Below are positions 1-7,111 of a stretch of DNA of 64,000 nt, piece after piece (position 1 is the first letter of the stretch; every line of letters starts with the position of its first letter). The stretch comes from Clostridia bacterium. GTDB lineage: Bacteria; Bacillota; Clostridia; Oscillospirales; CAG-272. Under the pieces are notes generated by a model, which was given only the letters and a program-made list of their open reading frames with translations, was not told the DNA's origin and did not search any database. Position numbers and translations under genes: made by a program. The DNA lies in the NCBI GenBank assembly GCA_017508195.1, contig JAFVZL010000039.1:18271-82270 (forward strand). Reading direction: 5' to 3'.

Positions 1-488
1 GCTTAGTTGGATGCGCCGACTACACAATTACCATCACGAACTGCGCTAACAGCGGCAGCATTTTCGGCAGCTATGCTACCGGCGGCTTTATAGGAGGTGC
101 CGCCCACGCAGTCGCTATCACGGGAAGCACCAATAGCGGCACTGTTAGCGGCGGTAACAGCACCGGCGGATTCTTAGGACATATCCATTTCTATGATGAA
201 TTCAACTTCTCGTTCACGATCACGGATTGTACCAATACGGGCAGCGTTAGCGGTGATGTCAATGTAGGCCACTTGGTCGGATACTCATATTCTCAGCCAC
301 AGATCACGAATTCCTATTCTCTCGAAGGCTTAGACTATTACGAAGGCTACAACGGTGACACCTGCACCACAGAGCAGCTCAACTCCAAGGAGTTCTACAC
401 GGATACACTCAGCTGGAGCGAGGATATCTGGGATCTTTCGGAGCTTGATATTGAAAACGGGAAGTGCCCAACCATCAAAAACGCATAA
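1..488 (+). CDS. C-terminal part of a secreted/surface repeat protein (GLUG-like GGF(I/L)G repeats); 5' end outside window
   Basis: Frame 3 stays open from the window edge to the stop at 486-488. The translation (LVGCADYTITITNCANSGSIFGSYATGGFIGGAAHAVAITGSTNSGTVSGGNSTGGFLGH...) shows ~25-aa N-x-G-x-(V/I)-x-G...GGF(I/L)G repeats typical of GLUG-motif adhesin-like proteins. The listed ORF 273..488 is only its tail. Confidence 0.6.
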   Translation, partial: LVGCADYTITITNCANSGSIFGSYATGGFIGGAAHAVAITGSTNSGTVSGGNSTGGFLGHIHFYDEFNFSFTITDCTNTGSVSGDVNVGHLVGYSYSQPQITNSYSLEGLDYYEGYNGDTCTTEQLNSKEFYTDTLSWSEDIWDLSELDIENGKCPTIKNA

Positions 489-496
489 ACAGTTTT

Positions 497-655
497 TGGG
501 CTGTGGTATTTGGGCATAACCGAATAAAAAACACCGGGGTATTGTTTAGGCAGTACCTCGGTGTAAATTTTGCGCTATAAAAAAGTTAAGGTTGAAAACC
601 TTTGGTTTTCTTCTTTTATGGTGTTTTTATTCTACCGCCGTTTCCTCGCTTGGTG
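497..655 (+). repeat. Copy 1 of a ~150-bp dispersed intergenic repeat (GGCATAACCG box + long-loop hairpin + AAGGTT-GAA-AACCTT hairpin)
   Basis: Near-identical to 848..1004 by direct reading. Hairpin ACACCGGGG(531-539)/CCTCGGTGT(556-564) has one G:T pair that is acceptable only on the + strand. Confidence 0.8.
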
Positions 656-847
656 TACACCGCGCACGAACAAAGCGATAGGCAAACCTTTAGCAGCACG
701 GGTCAAGCAAAGGGCGAAACGGAGCTTTGATCCGTTTCGATTTGCTTTGCAAATTGCCCCTTTGTTTGTCAAACATTGTTAAAGACAAAGCCACACACCT
801 CTTGCTTGTCAGCCGACGGTTTCTGCACCAAATCCCTTTGCCCCGAG

Positions 848-1004
848 GGGCTGTTTCATTTTGGGCATAACCGAATAAAAAACACCGGGGTATTGTTTCG
901 GCAGTACCTCGGTGTAAATTTTGCGCTTTAAAAAGCTTAAGGTTGAAAACCTTTACTTTTTTTTAATGATGCTTTTATTCTACCGCCGTTTCCTCGCTCG
1001 GTGG
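848..1004 (+). repeat. Copy 2 of the ~150-bp dispersed intergenic repeat
   Basis: Same order of blocks as 497..655 (TTTTGGGCATAACCGAATAAAAAACACCGGGG...CCTCGGTGTAAATTTTGCGC...AAGGTTGAAAACCTT...TTTATTCTACCGCCGTTTCCTCGCT) with a few substitutions and indels. Confidence 0.8.
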
Positions 1005-1043
1005 TTTTCCCCGGCACAAGACTAAAAAACAACTGAACGGTAC

Positions 1044-1072
1044 TTTACAACCGAGGGATTATATGCTATAAT
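1044..1072 (+). promoter_or_regulatory. sigma-A-type promoter for the 1112 gene pair
   Basis: TTTACA (1044-1049), 17-nt spacer, TATAAT (1067-1072), ~40 nt upstream of the start codon. Confidence 0.6.
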
Positions 1073-1111
1073 ACCACTAGCGCTCTATACACGCGCACAC
1101 GAGGTGCATTT

Positions 1112-1807
1112 ATGAAAATAGGAATTTTTGCCGACGCACACTACTCATCGAAGGAAGTGGTCGACGGAAACAGATATAACAAGCAGTCTCTCCGAAAAAT
1201 CAAGGAAGCGTACGAGTTCTTCGAGGAGGAGGGCTGTAAGCTCGTTATCTCGCTCGGAGACCTTATCGAGGGAGATGACGACCACGCACTGGAGGTTAAC
1301 AACCTCAAAGAGATAGCAGAGATTATCTCGGCATCTCCCATACCGACCGTGTGTCTTATGGGTAACCACGATGCCTTTACCTTTGGTAAAAAGGAGTACT
1401 ACTCCACCCTCGGCATCGGTGAAGCACGCGATCTCAACATCGGCGGTAAAAGCTTTATTTTCCTTGACGCCTGCTTCCACGCGTCGGGTGAACGCTATAC
1501 GACGGGTGGTGTCGATTGGCGCGACTGCTATCTACCCGACACCGAGGAGTTATCCGAGGTTCTCGAATCGCTGAGCGAGGATAGCTACGTCTTTATCCAC
1601 CATAATATCGATCCCGCACTTCCCGAGGAATACAAGCTATCAAATTGCGACGAGGTATTTGCAATGATATCCTCGACCCCGTTAGTAAAAGCGGTATTCC
1701 AAGGTCACTACCATCCCGGCAAAATAAGCGAGTACGACGGCGTGAAATACTACGCACTCCCCGCCATGTGCGAGGGCGAGGACAGAGCCTTCGTATTCGA
1801 TCTTTGA
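1112..1807 (+). CDS. metallophosphoesterase (calcineurin-like phosphoesterase family)
   Basis: 231 aa with a GAGGTG SD. Ordered motifs D-x-H (FADAHY), GD (SLGDLIEG), GNHD (LMGNHDAF), HH (FIHHN) and GH-x-H (FQGHYH). Confidence 0.85.
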   Translation: MKIGIFADAHYSSKEVVDGNRYNKQSLRKIKEAYEFFEEEGCKLVISLGDLIEGDDDHALEVNNLKEIAEIISASPIPTVCLMGNHDAFTFGKKEYYSTLGIGEARDLNIGGKSFIFLDACFHASGERYTTGGVDWRDCYLPDTEELSEVLESLSEDSYVFIHHNIDPALPEEYKLSNCDEVFAMISSTPLVKAVFQGHYHPGKISEYDGVKYYALPAMCEGEDRAFVFDL

Positions 1808-1820
1808 TAATGGAGGAAAA

Positions 1821-2543
1821 ATGAACGTCTTAGCTATAGGAAACAGCTTCTCGCAGGATACGACAAGATATCTGCACGCGATAGCGAGGGCAGACGGAGA
1901 AAAATTAAACGTAGCGAACCTCTATATAGGCGGCTGCTCGCTCGAAAGGCACTTCCGCAACATGATGACCGAGGCGGCAGAGTACGAGCTTCAGTTTAAC
2001 GGTGAATGTACGGGCTTCAAGGTCTCGCTCTTCGAGGCACTCACCAACCGCGCCTGGGATATTATCACCGTCCAGCAAGTCAGCCACCAATCCTTCAATA
2101 AGGACAGCTACTTCCCCTATATCACCGAGCTTATAGACTACGTAAAGAGCCTTGTACCCAAGGCGAAGATATACCTTCACCAGACCTGGGGCTACGAGGA
2201 CGGCTCCGCACGCCTTGCCACAACTCCCTACGCGACCTTCGGTGATATGGCAAGCGACGTCATCATGACGAATGCCGAGGTTGCAGACGAGATCACAGCC
2301 GACCGCATCATCCCCTCGGGAGAGATGCTTCTTAAGCTCCACGAGGCAGGCATCGCTAAGATCCACCGCGACACCTTCCACGCATCGCTCGGTATCGGAA
2401 GATACGCACTTGCCCTTATATGGTACCGCGCCCTTACGGGAAAGAGCGTCCTCGAAAACACCTTCGCGGACCTCGACGAGGAAGCAAGTGACGAGGAGAT
2501 GAAGCTCGCACGCGACTGTGCCGAGAGCTTTGCTTTTGAATAA
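1821..2543 (+). CDS. SGNH/GDSL-fold hydrolase, DUF4886-like
   Basis: 240 aa with a GGAGG SD. N-terminal block-I motif AIGNSFS. Starts 13 nt after the previous stop, so it is probably co-transcribed. Confidence 0.65.
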   Translation: MNVLAIGNSFSQDTTRYLHAIARADGEKLNVANLYIGGCSLERHFRNMMTEAAEYELQFNGECTGFKVSLFEALTNRAWDIITVQQVSHQSFNKDSYFPYITELIDYVKSLVPKAKIYLHQTWGYEDGSARLATTPYATFGDMASDVIMTNAEVADEITADRIIPSGEMLLKLHEAGIAKIHRDTFHASLGIGRYALALIWYRALTGKSVLENTFADLDEEASDEEMKLARDCAESFAFE

Positions 2544-2570
2544 CGCAAAGCGAATCTAAATAAAAAGCTC

Positions 2571-2606
2571 GAGCGAAGCTACCGTCTACGATAGCTTCGC
2601 TCTTTT
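2571..2606 (+). terminator. rho-independent terminator
   Basis: GAGCGAAGCTA ... TAGCTTCGCTC stem followed by TTTT, 28 nt after the stop at 2543. Confidence 0.8.
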
Positions 2607-2873
2607 AAAAATATCTGAATAATGCAACACCCTTAACGGTTAAGCCTATGGGGAGCACGTTATAATGATTATAGAATGTCGAAAAGGCGGGAAAGCCTTT
2701 TCGCGGCTGATACATCAGCCAATCAAAAAGCCCAAGATGGCTTTTTGTAACTATATCATTTCAACAGAAATCGACAAATTTCCCATTCCGAAATTTGTTC
2801 GCAAATCCCGGATTTGCGGTCGAAATCGGGTAATTTCGACTTTCGATTGTCGTTATATAGTCCCACTCTTTTT

Positions 2874-3125
2874 TTAATCTTCCTTTAACTTGCGAATGTT
2901 CGATATAAACCCGAGAGTGCTTAAAACGGCAATCGTGTAGGATATAGCCATAAACGCCAGCGCAAGCCCCGGCGTACCAATAGAATCCACAAAACCTTCT
3001 GTGAGCATTCTTATTAAGTATAAGGTGGACCACCACAGAAAATACAAATTCAAAGCAGCCACAGCCCCGGTGATTACGAGAGAAATAATGCGGAAAACCT
3101 TCTTAAATACAGAGGATTTAGCCAT
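2874..3125 (-). CDS. small hydrophobic membrane protein (83 aa), unknown function
   Basis: Two to three predicted TM stretches. The start ATG overlaps the upstream stop by 8 nt (ATGGCTAA), suggesting translational coupling. A+T-rich codon usage differs from neighbouring genes. Confidence 0.5.
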   Translation of the reverse strand: MAKSSVFKKVFRIISLVITGAVAALNLYFLWWSTLYLIRMLTEGFVDSIGTPGLALAFMAISYTIAVLSTLGFISNIRKLKED

Positions 3126-3930
3126 TTTCGTTTCTCCTTATTATTTCACCGCTATAATACTTTGCCATTTCACGCCTTAGTTCTGTCATTGTCATTCTGC
3201 TGTATTCCTCGGGGAAGCTCGTGTAGTTATTAATCGAACGGCCACTACTTAAGGTATAGTTTTCCGGTGCAACGTACTTAAAGGTTGTGGAGTTTGTGCA
3301 ATAACCTGTATAATCGTTATATGCAAAAGATCTGTTGTTTTCATGCCCATCTATGTTTTGTATGCTATCCTTTAATGTAGCCGGGAAATTTGCAGGGAAA
3401 AAGTATGAATTTACTTGCATATCAGATGGAGCAACGCTGTTCCATATTGTCGAAGCAAAGTAAGAACAGTTATTGAACAAGTCCCAAGCATTCATCTGTA
3501 TGCATTTCTGGCTAACAGCTGACAATTGCTGTGAGGTTATCGTTATAGTTAATGAAGCGGTATTTTGCGTTCCCAACTCAGCTTGTGCTTCAAGATTTAA
3601 CCAAGCACCTTGATATAAACTTCCGGTGTCAAGATCTATGACATTGCCCCATGTTCCAATACTAACGGTTTCTCCCGAAGAAAGTGTTGTATTGTAAAAA
3701 CTGTAATCATTATCCGTTTCATTTTCTACGACCAACCATGCGTGTCCTAAATCAAGTCCAGCAGAGCTAGCGCTACTACCATTACCATGCATCGAATAGA
3801 TAGATAGTTGAATTGAGCCGCTTCCGTCTGCATACGTTGTTATTTGCAAACACAAAGTTGATACAGTAAATATCATAACAATCGTAAGTACCATAGCTGT
3901 CATTTTTCTTAGTGCTACTTTTTTAGTCAT
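3118..3930 (-). CDS. secreted protein of unknown function (270 aa)
   Basis: N-terminal signal peptide (KMTAMVLTIVMIFTVSTLCLQITTYA|DG) and a GGAGG SD. Asn/Ser/Thr-rich. No family recognised by eye. Confidence 0.6.
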   Translation of the reverse strand: MTKKVALRKMTAMVLTIVMIFTVSTLCLQITTYADGSGSIQLSIYSMHGNGSSASSAGLDLGHAWLVVENETDNDYSFYNTTLSSGETVSIGTWGNVIDLDTGSLYQGAWLNLEAQAELGTQNTASLTITITSQQLSAVSQKCIQMNAWDLFNNCSYFASTIWNSVAPSDMQVNSYFFPANFPATLKDSIQNIDGHENNRSFAYNDYTGYCTNSTTFKYVAPENYTLSSGRSINNYTSFPEEYSRMTMTELRREMAKYYSGEIIRRNENG

Positions 3931-4198
3931 TGTTCTTCCTCCTTATTTGTTTTGTTTTTTTAAGACAACCAACCGGCACGATAAATTGTGGGGCAACTCT
4001 ATTTTACCATATATGGGTGTATTTGTCAAATATATCTTTAATATCATTCGTCGGGAAACAATTTCGATCTACAATCACATCCAAAAACATTTGCATGTTA
4101 TATCGCCCGCGACAAAAACGCTTCACAAATGGACACGAAAAAACCTTCATTCAACGCATAAAACCTCGGTTTTGACAACAATAGTTATCATTACAACG

Positions 4199-4233
4199 CA
4201 AAAAGCTGCCCGACATCCATCGGACAGCTTTTT
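4199..4233 (-). terminator. rho-independent terminator of the 4246..5064 gene
   Basis: GCTGCCCG/CGGACAGC stem flanked by A6 and T5. The single non-Watson-Crick position is G:T on the minus strand but C:A on the plus strand, which fits minus-strand use. Confidence 0.7.
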
Positions 4234-4245
4234 ATATTTTGCATT

Positions 4246-5064
4246 TCACCTCACGAACGAAAGCAGATACTCCGCCGACTTATCAAGAAGCTCGGTATCG
4301 AAGGGTCTACCGTTCACCTCCAGAAGCAGGCTACCCGAGTAGCCGTCGTCACGCATTCTCGTGATGAGAGTATCAAGGGGCAAAAGGCCCTTACCCATAA
4401 CCGCGCTGCGCAGTGGGGGCATATAGGATCTGACGATCCTTCCGAACTCGTTATACTCCCAATCCTTGATGTGCGAGTGTACTATCCTGTCGCGGAAGAC
4501 CTCGTAAGCCGTGAGAACGTCCTCGCGAACGCAGAAGAAGTTGCCCGCATCGAGAACGAAGCCCACGTCGGGAGCGTTATCAATGATATATTTACAGTCC
4601 TCGATGAGCGAATCTGCGCGCTGTCTGACCGACTGATTTTCAATCATGACGGTAACGCCCGAGCCGCGTGCGTACTCAGCCATAGACTGATATCCCTCGA
4701 CCATCCTCTCACGCATCGCGTAGTATTCCTCGGGGCTCTCGGCATTCCTGACGTTCGGCGCGAGCATGATCTTCGGCACGCCAAGACGCTCGAGCTCATC
4801 GATAAAGCCCTTGACCCGTGTCAGATTTTCCTCGAGATTCACGCCCTCGGCGGTGATAATATCGGTAGTTGCGACGAATGCACCGAAGTCCATCCCCGCA
4901 CGGTTCAGCTTGCTCTTATACTCCTCTAAGGAATAGTCGACAAGCTCGCTCTCAAGCACGTCGGCGGCAACGATGCCCATATTGCGGTAATGCCTGAATG
5001 CGGCATCCTCGTCGTGCCAGTCGCTGAGCTGCCTTACGTGTACTGCATAAACGGAAACGTTCAT
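4246..5064 (-). CDS. sugar phosphate isomerase/epimerase (xylose-isomerase-like TIM barrel)
   Basis: Family-typical blocks (IMLAPN, VMIENQ, GFVLDAGNF, HSHIKDWE). I place the start at ATG 5064 (MNVSVYAV) because GGAG lies 7 nt upstream and this removes overlap with the AraC stop at 5066. The listed ORF runs to 5094. Confidence 0.8.
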   Translation of the reverse strand: MNVSVYAVHVRQLSDWHDEDAAFRHYRNMGIVAADVLESELVDYSLEEYKSKLNRAGMDFGAFVATTDIITAEGVNLEENLTRVKGFIDELERLGVPKIMLAPNVRNAESPEEYYAMRERMVEGYQSMAEYARGSGVTVMIENQSVRQRADSLIEDCKYIIDNAPDVGFVLDAGNFFCVREDVLTAYEVFRDRIVHSHIKDWEYNEFGRIVRSYMPPLRSAVMGKGLLPLDTLITRMRDDGYSGSLLLEVNGRPFDTELLDKSAEYLLSFVR

Positions 5065-5065
5065 T

Positions 5066-5836
5066 TTAATCTCCTTCATTTTCTCTGCGTTCATCTGACG
5101 GAAGCGTCAGTCCGTGCTTTTTCATAGCCTTCCAGAAGCCGGCATAGGTACGATATCCGACGTAGCTCGCGATCTCTCCGAGCGACATATCCGACACTGC
5201 GAGCAGCTGCTTCGCCATATTGACTCTCGTCGAGGTTAGCGTCTCACGGAAGCCCGCCCCCATATAATCAATGACAAGCCTCTCGGTCTGCCTCTCGGAC
5301 AGATGAAGCGATGCCGCAAGATCTCCGAGGCGTATATCCTCACTGTACTTATTCGAGAAGAACTCAAAAATGAGGAAGCCGGGGTCGCTGATATGCTCAC
5401 TTCTCACAGGCTCGACCGCGAGAAAATGGCGGCAGAAAAGCGTTATGTATGCGCTGATACCCGTGTAATCCTCGGTCGAGATGCATCTGTCGATCTCGGA
5501 GAAGAACTCCGCGAGCACCGCGGAGCCAAGCATGTACACACCGAACTCGCTGACCTCGCAATCAATCTGAAAAGCCGCCTGATGGGCATTTTCATCCCTC
5601 TCGACACCGGCATGGAAAACTCCGGCAGGAATAACGAGCATCGAGCCGTTTTTCGCACGGTAGATCTCCTCGCCTATGCGGTAAACGACGTCGCCGCCGA
5701 GGAGAAAGTGCACCTCGGCATAATTGTGCCTATGTATTTTGCTTGTTAACAGGCGCTTGTTGAAAAAGCCGTCCTGCATAAACACCTTGTGAGTGTCACT
5801 GCCGATTCTTACGTTTAATTCCTGATACATATACAT
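5066..5836 (-). CDS. AraC-family transcriptional regulator (cupin sensor + HTH)
   Basis: 256 aa. The C-terminal AraC double HTH is LGDLAASLHLSERQTERLV ... LGEIASYVGYRTYAGFWKAMKKHG. The N-terminal part is cupin-like. Confidence 0.85.
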   Translation of the reverse strand: MYMYQELNVRIGSDTHKVFMQDGFFNKRLLTSKIHRHNYAEVHFLLGGDVVYRIGEEIYRAKNGSMLVIPAGVFHAGVERDENAHQAAFQIDCEVSEFGVYMLGSAVLAEFFSEIDRCISTEDYTGISAYITLFCRHFLAVEPVRSEHISDPGFLIFEFFSNKYSEDIRLGDLAASLHLSERQTERLVIDYMGAGFRETLTSTRVNMAKQLLAVSDMSLGEIASYVGYRTYAGFWKAMKKHGLTLPSDERRENEGD

Positions 5837-5880
5837 TTCCTATCACGACAAAAAGTGCATCGTGTTGTCCGTTTGATATA

Positions 5881-5908
5881 TTGAATTCACATTATTTTAT
5901 GCTACAAT
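5881..5908 (+). promoter_or_regulatory. sigma-A-type promoter (extended -10) for the aldolase gene
   Basis: TTGAAT (5881-5886), 16-nt spacer, TGcTACAAT (5900-5908). Divergent from the AraC gene. Confidence 0.6.
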
Positions 5909-6009
5909 ATTATTATACCACAGCAAAACACGATGTCAAGTGGGTAAATGTTACATCCCACCGACAGAGAACCGTAAATAAGGATAAAAACCGAAAGGAA
6001 TTTACTGAA

Positions 6010-6891
6010 ATGATGAAATTTGAAGGCATTATGCCCGCCCTCGTTACCCCTCTCCACGATGACCAGACTGTAAACGTCGAGGTTCTCCGCGAGCTTCTCG
6101 AGTATCAGCTTGACAAGGGCGCAGACGGCTTTTACGTAGGCGGCGCTACCGGTGAAGGCATCAACCTTAAGACCGAGGAGAGAATGATCCTCGCCGAGGA
6201 GTCAATCAAGACCGTTGCTCACCGCAAGCCCTGTATCATCCAGGTCGCAGCATACGACTTCAACGATGCTATCCGCCTTGCTAAGCACGCAGAGGCTATC
6301 GGTGCTGAAGCCATCTCGGCAACTCCCCCGCTCTTCTACAAGTACGACGAGAAGGATATCTACAACTACTACAAGGCGCTTGCCGATGCAGTACATATCC
6401 CCATGATGATCTACTACAACCCTGCGGCAGGCTTCCAGATCACGGCAGATTTCGCAGCGAAGATGTTCGAGGTAGACAACATCACGGCTATCAAGTGGAC
6501 CAGCCCCAACTTCTACGAAATGATCAGACTCAAGGATCTCACCCACGGTGAGATGAATATCATCAACGGTCCCGATGAGATGCTTCTCATGGGTCTTAAC
6601 GCGGGCGCAGACGGTGGCATCGGAACGACCTACAACGTTCAGCTCGGCATCATCAAGTCGATCTACGAGAACTTCAAGGCAGGCAACATCGCCGAGGCTC
6701 AGAAGATGCAGACCCTCGCAGACCGCATCATCCACGCCATCATCCGCCACAGAACCATCCCCGTAACCAAGCTCGTCCTCGAGGCAATGGGCTTCGCAGT
6801 CGGTAACGCGACCTTCCCCATGACCCGTTACACCCCCGAGGAGAAGGCAGCCATCGTCGCAGAAGTAAAGGCAGCCGGCCTCGATATCTGA
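6010..6891 (+). CDS. DapA/NanA-family class I aldolase (N-acetylneuraminate-lyase-like)
   Basis: GFYVGGATGEG, MIYYNPAAG and the Schiff-base lysine context ITAIKWTS. Start chosen at ATG 6010 (MMKFEGIMPALVTP). The listed ORF 5881.. begins inside the promoter. Confidence 0.8.
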   Translation: MMKFEGIMPALVTPLHDDQTVNVEVLRELLEYQLDKGADGFYVGGATGEGINLKTEERMILAEESIKTVAHRKPCIIQVAAYDFNDAIRLAKHAEAIGAEAISATPPLFYKYDEKDIYNYYKALADAVHIPMMIYYNPAAGFQITADFAAKMFEVDNITAIKWTSPNFYEMIRLKDLTHGEMNIINGPDEMLLMGLNAGADGGIGTTYNVQLGIIKSIYENFKAGNIAEAQKMQTLADRIIHAIIRHRTIPVTKLVLEAMGFAVGNATFPMTRYTPEEKAAIVAEVKAAGLDI

Positions 6892-6913
6892 ATCTGATAT
6901 CAGAAAAACAAAT

Positions 6914-6969
6914 AAAACCACCGTTTAGTGTGTTATCCTTAACTAAAGGATGCCTTACGGTGGTTTTTT
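6914..6969 (+). terminator. rho-independent terminator
   Basis: CCACCGT (6918-6924) ... ACGGTGG (6957-6963) followed by T6. Confidence 0.7.
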
Positions 6970-7111
6970 CTACAATCTTCGCGGTTGACAAAGGCGCGCG
7001 CATAATATATAATTAAAGTGATAATGATAAACCCGAAAATCGGCGTTGAAGCAGTGCCGGGCGGCTCTGTTTTAACTTTTTTGACCGTTACAACGAAAAT
7101 GGGAGGCGCGT

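Noticed and set aside
570-782. 70-aa ORF in the first intergenic region (also 2665..2877 and 3947..4342)
   Set aside because: These ORFs lie inside repeat- or hairpin-rich DNA, have no SD and have basic or low-complexity translations. They overlap terminators.
5881-6009. N-terminal extensions of listed ORFs (5881.., 12684.., 13642.., 14555.., 16217.., 20376, 23079, 35397, 38142.., 41260.., 43226.., 43737.., 55756, 58119, 61833)
   Set aside because: In each case an internal ATG is preceded by a GGAGG-type SD at 5-9 nt and gives the family-typical N-terminus or signal peptide. The extension would overlap promoters or the upstream gene.
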